From NCBI GenBank assembly GCA_052246995.1, contig JBQPWD010000002.1, positions 75,307 to 139,306 of the forward strand: a stretch of 64,000 nt of DNA, in the 5' to 3' direction. Positions 27,825 to 38,502 of the stretch are shown here, piece by piece. The notes beneath the pieces were generated by a model that was not told the DNA's origin, made no database searches, and saw only the letters and a program-made list of their open reading frames with translations. The number at the start of each line of letters is the position of its first letter. Position 1 is the first letter of the stretch. The position numbers and the translations under genes were made by a program. This stretch comes from Candidatus Bathyarchaeota archaeon (GTDB taxonomy: Archaea; Thermoproteota; Bathyarchaeia; Hecatellales; Hecatellaceae).

Positions 27825-29006
27825 ATGGATGGATCTAAAATTTTGTCAATTTTAACAGCAGCCCTACTGCTTATTTCAGTTTCCACCATACAGGTTAACA
27901 CAGTTTTTACCACTGTGTATGCTGAAAATACTTCAGAAACCCCCACACTAAAATTTTTAGCTAATGAGCTCATAGATATCGCAAACAAGTCAAAGGTTAA
28001 GGTTGAAGAAATTTTCGATGAACTTAAAACTCAGTATATGGGAGTTCCCCGTGAAGCTGAGGAACTTTACGTTGAGGGTGTTAAACTCCTAAATGACGCC
28101 ATTTCCTGCAGGGATAACGGAGACTATGCAAACGCATGCAGTTACGCCCTTAAAGCTATGCAAAAATTTAAGCTTGCTTTACAGACAGCCTACAAATTTG
28201 CTCTTAGAGTTGAAACCAAAGAGGAAGAGGAGAAAGCTTTTAACCTTGTTTGCTTAAGAACTGCAATATCAAGAGCCTACGATTTTGCTGATAGAATTGA
28301 GGCGTTGGCAAATTCAACTGAAGAAAAGTTTGGCGTTAATTTAACTACGGTAAAAAATGAAGTTGAAGATGCAAGAGTTCATTTAAATAATGCGGAAAGC
28401 CTTCTTGATGAGGGAAAGATTAACGAGGCCGCAAAAGAACTAGCCACGGCAAGAGGTATTCTAGGAAGATGTGTTGGTGAAATACACAGCACCGCAAAAA
28501 AACTTACGATTCCTAGAGCTGAACGTTATCTTAACCAGGTAAGGGAGCGGTTGCAAGCCCATGTTGAACAAATGTCTAGGTTTTTAAATAGATACAGGGT
28601 TTCTGAAATGCTTCAAAACGCCTCCTACAGCATTACTACAGCTCAAGAGTACATCAAAAAGGGTGATGTTGAAAACGCTTTAAAGGAAATTGAGAAGGCA
28701 AAGGGGTATGTTGAAAAAAGTGTGGATGAAGTTAAAAGCTTAGAACCAGACACAGCTAAAATGATTAAAATGGCTGAAAAGTTTGAGGTTAGGTTAAGGT
28801 TGCTTGAAGGTATGCTTAAACACGCGAAAATTAAAGGACCTGAGCTGGCAGCAATTAAAGAAAAACTTGGTGAAGCAAAAAGCCTGGCTGCAAGGCTTTC
28901 AAATCAAATTAGGAATCAAAAAATTGGTGAAGCTGAGGAGACAGTAAAGTTTCTTGAAGAACTTTTAAAAAACATTGAGGAAAACATTTCTTCACGTTCA
29001 TCTTAA
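27825..29006 (+). CDS. secreted/anchored all-alpha coiled-coil protein of unknown function
   Basis: N-terminal signal/anchor (ILSILTAALLLISVSTIQV) followed by about 360 aa of helix-forming heptad-like sequence rich in E/K/A. Confidence 0.45.
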   Translation: MDGSKILSILTAALLLISVSTIQVNTVFTTVYAENTSETPTLKFLANELIDIANKSKVKVEEIFDELKTQYMGVPREAEELYVEGVKLLNDAISCRDNGDYANACSYALKAMQKFKLALQTAYKFALRVETKEEEEKAFNLVCLRTAISRAYDFADRIEALANSTEEKFGVNLTTVKNEVEDARVHLNNAESLLDEGKINEAAKELATARGILGRCVGEIHSTAKKLTIPRAERYLNQVRERLQAHVEQMSRFLNRYRVSEMLQNASYSITTAQEYIKKGDVENALKEIEKAKGYVEKSVDEVKSLEPDTAKMIKMAEKFEVRLRLLEGMLKHAKIKGPELAAIKEKLGEAKSLAARLSNQIRNQKIGEAEETVKFLEELLKNIEENISSRSS

Positions 29007-29013
29007 ACTTTTT

Positions 29014-30453
29014 TTAATCTTTTATTCCAGCTAAGTTTTCCGCCAACTTTCTTTTTTCCTCAAAGTTTACTGTTCTATAAATCTCTATTTTTTGGGCTTC
29101 AATAGAACCTGCTCCATGCCAAGTTGCAACACCATGTGTACCTGCAACCCAGTTTTGTATAAACTTTGTAATTCGCATTCTTTTTTCAGCTGGAACCCTA
29201 GCTTTTAGATATTTTTTAATGTATTCTGATGTTTCAGGGTTTTTAAGCTCTTTTTCTGAGGGCATTGTTGCAGCTAAACCCCCACAAACATCTCCAAGTA
29301 AAGCCATAAGCCTCCAAAAACCCTCAGCACAATTAAGTTTTGCAACATTGCTAAAAATTCTATCAGGTAAGTATATTCCCGAACCTTCAGGCTCCTCTAC
29401 ACCTTTAAACGCTGCTGCAACAGCACATGCATGAAGGGTTTCATTTATTTTAACCATTTCAATAAGCTTCTCTCTTACATGAGGAGCATCAGAAACTCCA
29501 AGATAGTCTGCTACCGCATGGGCTGCCCCTATCATTAAATCTCCAAAACCAACCTTACATGCTCCACCACAGGTCATTCTATGTGTTTTTGCAAAACGTG
29601 AAATTAAAGTTCCTGTAAACTCAACTTCTCCACACATAAAAACCCTATCCCATGGAACAAAAACATCATCAAAAATGATCATACATGTCTCCCTTACACC
29701 GTAAACAGGATTACCAAGGTAATATTGATCATCACTCATCAATCTTTCAGCATCTTGGGGGGTGTATTGACATATGTAAGTTATACCTTTAGACTCACTT
29801 GGAATGGCGAAAGCTACAGCATATTCCTCCTCACCTTTACGGAAAGCAGTTCCAGGTATGACCAAATGTTCATGGGCAGCTATTGCCCCGCTTTGATGTA
29901 CCTTTGCCCCTCTAACAATTATGCCCTCATTCCTTTTTTCAACAATCCTGATATACATGTCAGGGTCTTGTTCTTTAGGTCTTTTTCCCCTATCTCCTTT
30001 AACATCGGTAGCTGAGCCGCTTACCGCTAAATCATTTTTTTGAACCCATTTAACATAGTTAATAAGCCTTTCATGATATTTTGTTCCCAGTTTTTTATCC
30101 ATTTCATAGGTTGTACTTGCCAACCCGTTTAACATGTCACAGGCTGGACATCTATAGTTACATGTTCCAAGAAGACGGCTTGTTAAAATAGCCATTTCAA
30201 CCCTTTTTTCAAGGTCATCTCTACTTTGAAAAAGATGAACATTTCTATTTACTATTTCATGTATGAGTGGAGAATAAGCAGTCATAACGTCTTGATAGAT
30301 TGGATTTTGAGCTAAATCGTAAATTTTAGCTGTAGCATCAACAACTGTTTTTGTAACAGGGTTCTTAACTACTGAATCTACCCTTTCACCATTTAAATAT
30401 ACTCGAAGTTTTAGCTTTTCAATGCTTTCTAAATATTCTTTTACAGTTTTCAT
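29014..30453 (-). CDS. abfD: 4-hydroxybutyryl-CoA dehydratase / vinylacetyl-CoA isomerase (AbfD)
   Basis: Strong resemblance to Clostridium aminobutyricum AbfD as recalled from memory (DPDMYIRIVEKRNEGIIVRGAKVHQSGA, MPSEKELKN, KRMRITKFIQN, WHGAGSIEAQKIEI); Fe-S ligand equivalents CNYRCPAC and HRMTCGGACKVG. Confidence 0.8.
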   Translation of the reverse strand: MKTVKEYLESIEKLKLRVYLNGERVDSVVKNPVTKTVVDATAKIYDLAQNPIYQDVMTAYSPLIHEIVNRNVHLFQSRDDLEKRVEMAILTSRLLGTCNYRCPACDMLNGLASTTYEMDKKLGTKYHERLINYVKWVQKNDLAVSGSATDVKGDRGKRPKEQDPDMYIRIVEKRNEGIIVRGAKVHQSGAIAAHEHLVIPGTAFRKGEEEYAVAFAIPSESKGITYICQYTPQDAERLMSDDQYYLGNPVYGVRETCMIIFDDVFVPWDRVFMCGEVEFTGTLISRFAKTHRMTCGGACKVGFGDLMIGAAHAVADYLGVSDAPHVREKLIEMVKINETLHACAVAAAFKGVEEPEGSGIYLPDRIFSNVAKLNCAEGFWRLMALLGDVCGGLAATMPSEKELKNPETSEYIKKYLKARVPAEKRMRITKFIQNWVAGTHGVATWHGAGSIEAQKIEIYRTVNFEEKRKLAENLAGIKD

Positions 30454-30526
30454 ATTTTATTAACCTCAGTTTAGATTATGTAGTGTAGTAACTTATATAA
30501 ATAATGGTGCTGGTTACCTTATCTAA

Positions 30527-31285
30527 TTGATGAAAGCTGTAATCTTGGCTGGAGGTTACGCTCAACGTTTAAAACCCTTAACAAACAACAAAGCTAAACC
30601 TTTATTAAAAGTTGCTGGCAAACCTGTCATTGACTATATTTTAGAAAAAGTTTTAGAGATAAGGGAAAAAGCAGAAATTGATGAAATAATTATTTCAACA
30701 AACCTTAAATTTGAAGCCCAGTTTAAAGCATGGCTTAAAGAGAAAAATATTCCAATAAATGCTAGGATTGAAGTTGAGAGGTCTACAAGGGAGGAGGAAA
30801 AACCTGGAGCTGTTGCAGCCATAGCTTCAGCCACCGCGGAAAATACCAATGTAAACTACTTAATTATTGCTGGAGATAACATTTTTACAGATAGCTTACA
30901 AGGCATAATTAGTTTTTTTAAGGATAAAGATGCTACTACCCTTGGTGTTTACGATGTTAAAAGGAAGGCGCTTGCTAAAGAAGCCTCTGTTGTTGTTTTA
31001 GATTCTGATGGTAAAGTTGTAAAGTTTATCGAAAAACCTAAAAATCCAGATATCACGCTTGTTGGTACATGTATATATGTTCTTCATAAATGTTCTATAC
31101 CTCTTCTTCATAGTTACGTTAAACTTGAAAACGTTGGAAAAGACCAGCCTGGAAGGTTTATTGAATGGCTTTACACCCATCAACCAGTTTATGGGTACGT
31201 TTTAAGTGGATACTGGAATGACATAGGAACACCTCAAACCTACAGAGAGGTTAACAACCTTTTTAAGAGGTTTGTAAGAAGATAG
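30527..31285 (+). CDS. sugar-phosphate nucleotidyltransferase (MobA/GlmU-like NTP-transferase fold)
   Basis: MMKAVILAGGYAQRLKPLTNNKAKPLLKV N-terminal signature. Confidence 0.6.
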   Translation: MMKAVILAGGYAQRLKPLTNNKAKPLLKVAGKPVIDYILEKVLEIREKAEIDEIIISTNLKFEAQFKAWLKEKNIPINARIEVERSTREEEKPGAVAAIASATAENTNVNYLIIAGDNIFTDSLQGIISFFKDKDATTLGVYDVKRKALAKEASVVVLDSDGKVVKFIEKPKNPDITLVGTCIYVLHKCSIPLLHSYVKLENVGKDQPGRFIEWLYTHQPVYGYVLSGYWNDIGTPQTYREVNNLFKRFVRR

Positions 31286-31353
31286 CTGAAACTTTATCTA
31301 TCTTTACTCCCAATAATTTATTTTAACTCTAAAAACATTGTGGAGGAATTTTT

Positions 31354-31971
31354 TTGTTTAGAAATTATGAGTTAAAAATTCTTGGTATTGTTGGAAGTCC
31401 AAGAGCTGAAGGTAATACAAAAATACTGGTTGAGGAGGCTTTAAAAGCTGCCGTGGAAAGTTATAGTGCAAAAACGGAGCTTATTCTTCTTGCAGGTAAA
31501 AAAATAGAACCCTGTACGGCATGCGGTAACTGTTATGCTACTGGTGAATGTAACATTAATGATGATGCGAACCTTATTGTTAAAAAGTTTTTAGAGTATG
31601 ATGGAATTATTCTTGGAAGTCCAGTATATATGGGCACGATTACAGCTCAACTTAAAGCCTTAATGGATAGAACAACAGTTTTTAAAACTCTTAAAGGCTC
31701 AAAGCTCAAAAATAAGGTTGGTGGTGGAATTGCTGTTGGTTTTGGTAGAAGTGGTGGTCAGGAAACAACACTAAGAACTATACATGATTTCTTCTTAACG
31801 CATGATATGATAGTTGTTGGTGATGGAACAAAGTATGGTGGAACTGCTGTAGCTTTTGCTGCAGGAGAAGTTAGAAAAGATGAGCTTGGATTAAAATTGT
31901 CAAGAAAACTTGGTAGAAGGGTTGCCGAAGTCGCTAGCTACATTAAGAAAGCCTCTCTAGTTGAAGGTTAA
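31354..31971 (+). CDS. iron-sulfur flavoprotein / NADPH-dependent FMN reductase-like (Isf family)
   Basis: LGIVGSPRAEGNTKIL flavodoxin-like start plus CTACGNCYATGEC cysteine cluster. Confidence 0.6.
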   Translation: MFRNYELKILGIVGSPRAEGNTKILVEEALKAAVESYSAKTELILLAGKKIEPCTACGNCYATGECNINDDANLIVKKFLEYDGIILGSPVYMGTITAQLKALMDRTTVFKTLKGSKLKNKVGGGIAVGFGRSGGQETTLRTIHDFFLTHDMIVVGDGTKYGGTAVAFAAGEVRKDELGLKLSRKLGRRVAEVASYIKKASLVEG

Positions 31972-32013
31972 TTAGTATCCTCCTTCTTAAAGAATACTCA
32001 GAGGTGGTTAAGA

Positions 32014-32268
32014 ATGTATAGAATAGTGGTTACCGCGAAAAAACAGCTTAAAGGTTACTGTCATATTCATAAGGAGGGTGACACCTTTATTGTTGAAGAG
32101 GGTCAAATTGTACGTTTAGTCAAGGGTAGTGGAATATGCATTTATGCTTTAGCTGCTATGCTTCCTTTCTTTCCAGCTTTATCCAAGGAACTTCCAGCAG
32201 ACGATTGGATGTCTGCTAAAGTTCAAGAGTATATTTGCTTAGACCCTGAAAACACCATGCTTTTTTGA
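32014..32268 (+). CDS. hypothetical small protein (84 aa)
   Basis: ORF only; three Cys; no family recognised. Confidence 0.3.
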   Translation: MYRIVVTAKKQLKGYCHIHKEGDTFIVEEGQIVRLVKGSGICIYALAAMLPFFPALSKELPADDWMSAKVQEYICLDPENTMLF

Positions 32269-32314
32269 ACTTAAAAGAGAGAAAGTTTAAGCTAAAAACT
32301 TGTAAAAATCTTCC

Positions 32315-32761
32315 CTACTCTACAGGTATCCTAAACCCTACAACCTTTTTAGGTAAAATTATCTCAAGAACCCCTAACCTAAATCTTGCTTTAGCTCTTT
32401 TGGGGTCAACTAGGGTTGGAAGTTTTATTGTTTTCTTAAATACTTCAAATTCCACCCTTTGTAATGGTCCATAAAAATCTATTCTTATACATTCTCTCAT
32501 AGGAGCCTCAACTCTCACCATACTTTCTGTTGCATTAATCTTTATATCCTCCTTTCTTACACACGGTAAATCTATTGTTATTATAATATTTTCCTCAGTT
32601 TCTGAAATATGGGTTAATGGTTGAAGTTCTTTGTTAGAAATATTTTGCATAGGAGCTTCAACTGGAAGCATAGGTCCCATAAACTCTTCAAAAAATCGGT
32701 TAATTTCTTCACGAATTTCCTCAAAAACATCAAAAACTGTTCGCTTCTTACGTGTTGACAA
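32315..32761 (-). CDS. small heat-shock protein (Hsp20/alpha-crystallin)
   Basis: EDIKINATESMVRVEA ... GVLEIILPKK alpha-crystallin domain pattern. Confidence 0.7.
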   Translation of the reverse strand: MSTRKKRTVFDVFEEIREEINRFFEEFMGPMLPVEAPMQNISNKELQPLTHISETEENIIITIDLPCVRKEDIKINATESMVRVEAPMRECIRIDFYGPLQRVEFEVFKKTIKLPTLVDPKRAKARFRLGVLEIILPKKVVGFRIPVE

Positions 32762-32773
32762 CCAAATTCCCCC

Positions 32774-33538
32774 CTACACATATATTCCTCTAAGCTCTTG
32801 TTCTTGAACTTTTCTTAAAGCTTTCATTTGTTCGCTTGTTTTACGCATAAGCTCCCTAGCTTTAATTCTAATTTCTTCCTCCTTTTCCAGTAAGCTTTTA
32901 ACATTAATGTTAACTCCAAATAAAGAATTCAAAACCTCAACTGTTGATGCTGCAGCCCCAGGATCTGGAAATTGCATATGTGATTCTGTAAGTAAAGTTA
33001 TATTTGGCTGTTGTTCATTTATACAGTCTTTTACAAGTAAAGCATAAATACCAACAAGAATTCCCTCTTCAAACGGTTGAACCTTTAATTTTTCAAGCTC
33101 ATTTTTAGCTTCAACAGTACTTCCAAAGCCGTAAACACTTGGTTTTTCTATCTCAAGCCTGTTGGGTGTTGCAATTCCTGTAACTCCCACAACAAATTTT
33201 GCATTATGTCGTTTAGCCCACAAGGTTATTGCTTTTGAAAGCTGGTAGATTGCTTGAACTGGAAATACTGTTTCGGATAAAACTACTACTAAGTTATCCT
33301 TAGCAAAAATCCTAACCTGCGGTTTAGGTTCATTTTTATGGACAATTATCATCGGTGGAAAAAGGTCAGACTCGAAATATCCCACTTCTTTCATATTTAA
33401 AGCTTGGACAATATGGGAAGTTGCTATCGGCCCAACCAATCCAACATCAGGAAGCCCAACAGTGATAACTGGTTTTTCGCTTTCAATTTTTGCTGTTTCA
33501 ACTACTGTTATCTCGTTAAATTTTATTTTCTCCAACAA
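32774..33538 (-). CDS. PAC2-family protein (proteasome assembly chaperone-like, ATP-grasp-like fold)
   Basis: ITVGLPDVGLVGPIATSHIV ... GILVGIYALL pattern typical of PAC2/PbaA-like proteins. Confidence 0.45.
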   Translation of the reverse strand: MLEKIKFNEITVVETAKIESEKPVITVGLPDVGLVGPIATSHIVQALNMKEVGYFESDLFPPMIIVHKNEPKPQVRIFAKDNLVVVLSETVFPVQAIYQLSKAITLWAKRHNAKFVVGVTGIATPNRLEIEKPSVYGFGSTVEAKNELEKLKVQPFEEGILVGIYALLVKDCINEQQPNITLLTESHMQFPDPGAAASTVEVLNSLFGVNINVKSLLEKEEEIRIKARELMRKTSEQMKALRKVQEQELRGIYV

Positions 33539-33772
33539 GCAAACACCACATAACTCAACATTTTGTGTAATCTAAGCCAAATCCAAATAAAGTTTTACTC
33601 TTCACCTAAAGAATAAAGAGAAAAGCTTATAAGCATATCTTAAATTCTAACTTTCAGTTATTCTAACCTTAAAAGTTTAAACACGTAACTTGTTTGCGTT
33701 TAAAAACCCAGTCCACCTATGCCTCATCATGCCAGTATTGTTATCATATTTTCGCGGATAATAGTTTAAGGT

Positions 33773-34312
33773 TTGGTGTTAAACATGTCCTCAACTAATA
33801 CTCAGCATGAGAAAAAAGAAGAAAAGGAAGCTGAAATTGACACATTAAAAAAACTTCTGGATGAGGAACGTAAAAAATCTGAAGATTACCTTACAAGGTT
33901 AAAATACCTTCAAGCTGATTTTGAAAACTACTTAAAAAGAGTTAAACGTGAAATTGAGGAGGCTGTTGATATTTCAAAAGGAAGACTTATTCAAAAACTT
34001 TTAGGGATTATTGACAACCTTGAGCTTGCATTAAAAGTAGGCTTAGAAAGTAAAAGTTTAGATGCCTTAATTAAGGGAGTTGAACTAACATTAAACGAGT
34101 TTAAAAACATTTTAAAAGAAGAGGGTTTAACAAGCATTAAAGCTTTAGGTGAAAAGTTTAACCCAAACCTTCATGAAGCAGTTGGACATGTTGAAGTTTT
34201 AGACCCACCTGAAGGTATAGTAGTTGAAGAGTTAAGGAAAGGATACATGTTTAAGGATAGGGTTATACGACCAAGCATGGTTAAAGTTTCAAAACTTAAA
34301 GCTAACTTATAA
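33773..34312 (+). CDS. grpE: GrpE nucleotide-exchange factor (true start probably the ATG at 33785)
   Basis: Coiled-coil N-terminus then [15 protein letters not shown] and C-terminal beta domain ([17 protein letters not shown]). Confidence 0.85.
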   Translation: MVLNMSSTNTQHEKKEEKEAEIDTLKKLLDEERKKSEDYLTRLKYLQADFENYLKRVKREIEEAVDISKGRLIQKLLGIIDNLELALKVGLESKSLDALIKGVELTLNEFKNILKEEGLTSIKALGEKFNPNLHEAVGHVEVLDPPEGIVVEELRKGYMFKDRVIRPSMVKVSKLKANL

Positions 34313-34329
34313 TCAGGAGGTGGAGATGG

Positions 34330-36192
34330 ATGGGTAAAATTATAGGAATAGACCTAGGAACAAGTAACTCTGCAGCAGCCGTCCTAATTGGAGGAAAACC
34401 TGTAATCATACCAAGCAGTGAAGGAGTTACCCTTTACGGAAAAGCTTTCCCATCATACGTTGCTTTTACCAAAGATGGTCAACTTTTAGTCGGAGAACCT
34501 GCAAGAAGGCAGGCTGTAACAAACCCTGAAGGCACTGTAACAGGATTTAAACGAAAAATGGGTACAGACTACAAATACAAGATTTATGGTAAAGAGTGGA
34601 CTCCTCAACAACTTTCAGCATTTCTTCTTCAAAAAATTAAGAAGGATGCTGAGGCTTTCCTTGGAGATAAAGTTGATAAAGCCGTTATAACAGTTCCAGC
34701 ATACTTCAATGATAATCAAAGACAAGCAACAAAAGATGCTGCAGCCATAGCTGGAATTGAGGTTGCAAGAATAATCAATGAACCTACAGCAGCATCCCTT
34801 GCCTATGGTTTAGATAAAGCTGACAAAGAACTAAGAATAATGGTTTTCGACCTTGGAGGTGGAACCTTGGATGTAACTTTGCTTGAATTTGGTGGGGGTG
34901 TTTTTGAGGTTAAAGCTACAAGTGGAGATACCCAACTTGGCGGGAGAGACATGGATGAAGTTCTTGTAAACTACATTGTTAACGAGTTTAAAAAGAATAC
35001 AGGTATAGACTTAAGAAAGGATAGCATGGCCATGATGAGGGTTCGTGAGGCTGCTGAAAAGGCAAAAATTGAGCTTTCAACATCAATTACAACTGAGATA
35101 AATCTTCCATTTATTGCTATGGAGGGTGGAACACCGAAACATCTTCAAATGAGTCTTACAAGGGCAACATTAGAAGAGCTTGTTAAACCAATTGTTGAAC
35201 GATGTAGAGGACCTATGATGCAGGCTTTGGCTGATGCAAAAATGAGACCTGCTGATATTGATAAGATAATTCTTGTTGGAGGACCTACAAGAATGCCTAT
35301 AGTTCAAAGATTTGTTGAGGAAGTTATGGGTAAACCTCCGGAAAGAGGTATAGACCCTATGGAGTGTGTTGCTGTAGGTGCAGCAATTCAGGCAGGGATA
35401 ATTACTGGTGAGGTTAAGGATATACTGCTTCTTGACGTTACACCCTTATCCCTTGGAGTTGAGACTCTTGGAGGCATATTTACAAAAATAGTTGAAAGAA
35501 ACACAACAATTCCATGCAAGAGAAGCCAGATATTTACCACGGCCGAAGACTTTCAAACATCTGTTGCAATTAAAGTTTACCAGGGTGAAAGGCCAATGGC
35601 TGCGGATAACGTTCTTCTTGGACAGTTTGTTTTATCAGGTATCCCACCAGCTCCAAGAGGAGTTCCTCAAATAGAGGTTACCTTTGACATAGATGTAAAC
35701 GGGATACTTAACGTTACAGCTAAAGACCTGGCTACAGGAAAAGAGGAAAAGCTGACCATAACAGCTCCTCATAGGCTTTCAAAAGAAGAAATTGAAAAAA
35801 TGGTCAAGGAGGCTGAACGTTACGCGGAGCAGGATAGAAAAAGAAGGGAGGAGGCTGAGCTCCGTAACCAAGCTGACTCACTAATTTATACCGCGGAAAA
35901 AATGAAAAGGGAGCTTAAAGAAAAGTTAACAAAAGATCAGGTTGATAAAATAGACCAAGCTGTAAAAGAGCTTAAAGATGCATTAACCGGTAAGGATGTA
36001 GAAAAAATTAAAACGAAAAACGAAGAACTTTCAAAAGTTCTTCAGGAAGTTGGAGCAACAATGTATAGACAAACTGGATATAAACAAACTGGTGCTCAAC
36101 AAGCTAACAGTAACAATCAAACAAGCAAAGCTGGTGAAAGGGTTGTTAATGCCGATTATGAGGTTGTTGACGAGGAAAAAGGTAGAAAGTAA
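34330..36192 (+). CDS. dnaK: Hsp70 chaperone DnaK
   Basis: [19 protein letters not shown] and EKAKIELS signatures; 620 aa; GGAGG Shine-Dalgarno upstream. Confidence 0.95.
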   Translation: MGKIIGIDLGTSNSAAAVLIGGKPVIIPSSEGVTLYGKAFPSYVAFTKDGQLLVGEPARRQAVTNPEGTVTGFKRKMGTDYKYKIYGKEWTPQQLSAFLLQKIKKDAEAFLGDKVDKAVITVPAYFNDNQRQATKDAAAIAGIEVARIINEPTAASLAYGLDKADKELRIMVFDLGGGTLDVTLLEFGGGVFEVKATSGDTQLGGRDMDEVLVNYIVNEFKKNTGIDLRKDSMAMMRVREAAEKAKIELSTSITTEINLPFIAMEGGTPKHLQMSLTRATLEELVKPIVERCRGPMMQALADAKMRPADIDKIILVGGPTRMPIVQRFVEEVMGKPPERGIDPMECVAVGAAIQAGIITGEVKDILLLDVTPLSLGVETLGGIFTKIVERNTTIPCKRSQIFTTAEDFQTSVAIKVYQGERPMAADNVLLGQFVLSGIPPAPRGVPQIEVTFDIDVNGILNVTAKDLATGKEEKLTITAPHRLSKEEIEKMVKEAERYAEQDRKRREEAELRNQADSLIYTAEKMKRELKEKLTKDQVDKIDQAVKELKDALTGKDVEKIKTKNEELSKVLQEVGATMYRQTGYKQTGAQQANSNNQTSKAGERVVNADYEVVDEEKGRK

Positions 36193-36282
36193 ACTTTTTA
36201 CTTTACATTTCCAAAGTGGAGAATAAATCTTAGCCACAAAATTTAAGAACGTTTTTCTTTACAGTTTAAAATGTGAAAGTTT

Positions 36283-37452
36283 ATGTTAGCCTTAGAAGGA
36301 ATAAGAATTCTAGATTTAACATGGCTTCTACCATATACAACACTTTTAGCAGATTTTGGCGCTGAGGTTATCAAGGTTGAGGAACCTACACGTGGAGATT
36401 ATGCCAGATGGAACCCGCCGATGATTGGAGGAATCAGCCAATATTTTCTTTCTCTTCACCGCAACAAGAAAAGTATAACTTTAAACTTAAAAACAGAAAA
36501 AGGTAGAGAAATTTTTTACAAGTTAATAGAAAAATCTGATGTGGTAATTGAAAGTTTTAGACCTGGGGTCACAAAGCGTTTAGGAGTTGACTATGAAACG
36601 GTTAAGAAGTTTAATCCAAGAATAATTTACTGTTCAGTTTCAGGGTATGGACAGGATAGTCCATACAGAGACTTACCTGGTCACGATATAAACTATGTTT
36701 CCATTGCAGGAATAGTTGGCTTAACAAGACGTCCAGGAGAACCTCCAACAATACCTGGTGTACAGATAGCTGACCTTGGTGGTGGAGTTTTAATGGCCAC
36801 CGCCTCAATACTTATAGCTTTAATTGCACGTGAAAAAACTGGTAAGGGCCAATATATCGACATAGCTATGACTGATGGGGCAATTTCCTGGTTAACAATT
36901 CCATCCTCCTTCTACTTTGTTGAAGGTGAAAAGTTTGATGTCGGGAAGGTTCCTGTTGTAGGCTATCCTCCATGTTATAACATTTATGAAACCAAGGATG
37001 GAAAGTACATTAGCATAGGATGTTTAGAGGAACGTTTCTGGAGAAACTTATGTACAAGTTTAGGAAGAGAAGACTTTATTATCCACCAGTTTGCCGACGG
37101 TGAAAAAGGTAGAGAAGTTAAAGCTACTTTACAGGAAATTTTTAAAACTAAAACTAGGGATGAGTGGTTTAAAGAACTCTCTAAAGCTGATGTATGTGTA
37201 GGCCCAGTCTACAGTTTAGATGAAACATTTAAAGATCCTCATACCCTAAAAAGGGAGATGGTTGTCGAGTTTAACCATCCTAAAATTGGAAAAACTAAGT
37301 TATTAGGCATTCCGCCAAAATTTTCAGAAACACCTGGCAAAATTAGAAGTCCAGCACCAGAACTTGGTGAACATACAAGAGAAATATTAAAAAATCTTTT
37401 AGGATTTAATGATGAGGATGTTGGTAAGCTTAAGGAGTCGGGAGTTATCTAA
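36283..37452 (+). CDS. family III CoA-transferase (CaiB/BaiF/formyl-CoA transferase-like)
   Basis: LEGIRILDLTWLLPYTTLLADFGAEVIKVEEP N-terminal signature; about 390 aa. Confidence 0.75.
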   Translation: MLALEGIRILDLTWLLPYTTLLADFGAEVIKVEEPTRGDYARWNPPMIGGISQYFLSLHRNKKSITLNLKTEKGREIFYKLIEKSDVVIESFRPGVTKRLGVDYETVKKFNPRIIYCSVSGYGQDSPYRDLPGHDINYVSIAGIVGLTRRPGEPPTIPGVQIADLGGGVLMATASILIALIAREKTGKGQYIDIAMTDGAISWLTIPSSFYFVEGEKFDVGKVPVVGYPPCYNIYETKDGKYISIGCLEERFWRNLCTSLGREDFIIHQFADGEKGREVKATLQEIFKTKTRDEWFKELSKADVCVGPVYSLDETFKDPHTLKREMVVEFNHPKIGKTKLLGIPPKFSETPGKIRSPAPELGEHTREILKNLLGFNDEDVGKLKESGVI

Positions 37453-37470
37453 ACTTCCATTTTAGCTTTT

Positions 37471-38502
37471 TTAACTGATTGAAGTCTCAAAAATTTCATT
37501 TAAGGATTGTCTTGTTAAAAACATCCCAAACTTTTTTAACGTTTCTACAATTTCATCTTGGCTAAGCTTGTAGTCGTATAGGAATTTTTCAAAAGATAAG
37601 TTTACTAGGCTGTATGGAAATCCTAACGCTTCAGCTGTAAGTTTAATAGCTTCATCTTTCCGCCTTGAAAGTTTATCAGTATTTTCACAGTATTTTTTAA
37701 GAAACTTTTCAAATAAATCGTGATTAGCTTTAACAAATTTTGTATTAGCAGCTAATGTACAACATGGAAACTTGCCAAAGATATCTTCAAAGTTATAAAC
37801 CTTAAATTTACCCCTAAAGAGGCTTAAATACGGTTCCCAGATACTTAAAGCTGAAATCTCACCATTAATAAAGCTTTCAACCATACGGTCAGGGTTATTA
37901 AAGTATCTGATTTCAACTTGAGAAGGTTCTACATCCATTGTTCTTAAGAAAAGTTTCAAACTCATTTCCATAGTTGAAAGTTCTGAACATCCATAAATTA
38001 ACTCTAAAAGTTTTTCATTTTTAACCACAAGCCCACTACCGTTAAACCCACATCCTGCAAAAATTTTTATTGAGCGTAAAAGTAAAGCATGCAGCACCTG
38101 TGTAATTAAAGGTGAGCAGGCAACATCTAAGTATCCTACAGATAAAGCATTTGTTGCCTCTAAAGCGTCATCAAAAATTTTTAATTTAACATTTATGTTA
38201 GTCTTCTCCAAATCTTTAACAGTAAGTAAAACATGAGGATATTCTGTAGCTTTAAGTATCCCAACTCTAATAAGCTTTTTAACAGGAAAAGGTGCATAAT
38301 CTAAAAGCCAGACGCGGTAAATTTTACCTCCAATATTTTTTCTAACGACTTCCCTATCTTTAAGCATTTCAGTTAAAGTCTCAGATATAGTTGAACGAGA
38401 ACATCTTAATATTTTTGATATTTCTCCTTGAAGTATACCCTCAGAACCCCTACTTTTAAGCAAACCTGAGATTTTATCCTTCATATCTATACCCATTCTC
38501 AA
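37471..38502 (-). CDS. transcriptional regulator: N-terminal winged HTH fused to a periplasmic-binding-protein-like (NMT1/SsuA-like) domain
   Basis: LQGEISKILRCSRSTISETLTEMLKDREVVR wHTH; C-terminal about 250 aa alpha/beta domain resembling substrate-binding proteins. Confidence 0.4.
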   Translation of the reverse strand: MRMGIDMKDKISGLLKSRGSEGILQGEISKILRCSRSTISETLTEMLKDREVVRKNIGGKIYRVWLLDYAPFPVKKLIRVGILKATEYPHVLLTVKDLEKTNINVKLKIFDDALEATNALSVGYLDVACSPLITQVLHALLLRSIKIFAGCGFNGSGLVVKNEKLLELIYGCSELSTMEMSLKLFLRTMDVEPSQVEIRYFNNPDRMVESFINGEISALSIWEPYLSLFRGKFKVYNFEDIFGKFPCCTLAANTKFVKANHDLFEKFLKKYCENTDKLSRRKDEAIKLTAEALGFPYSLVNLSFEKFLYDYKLSQDEIVETLKKFGMFLTRQSLNEIFETSIS

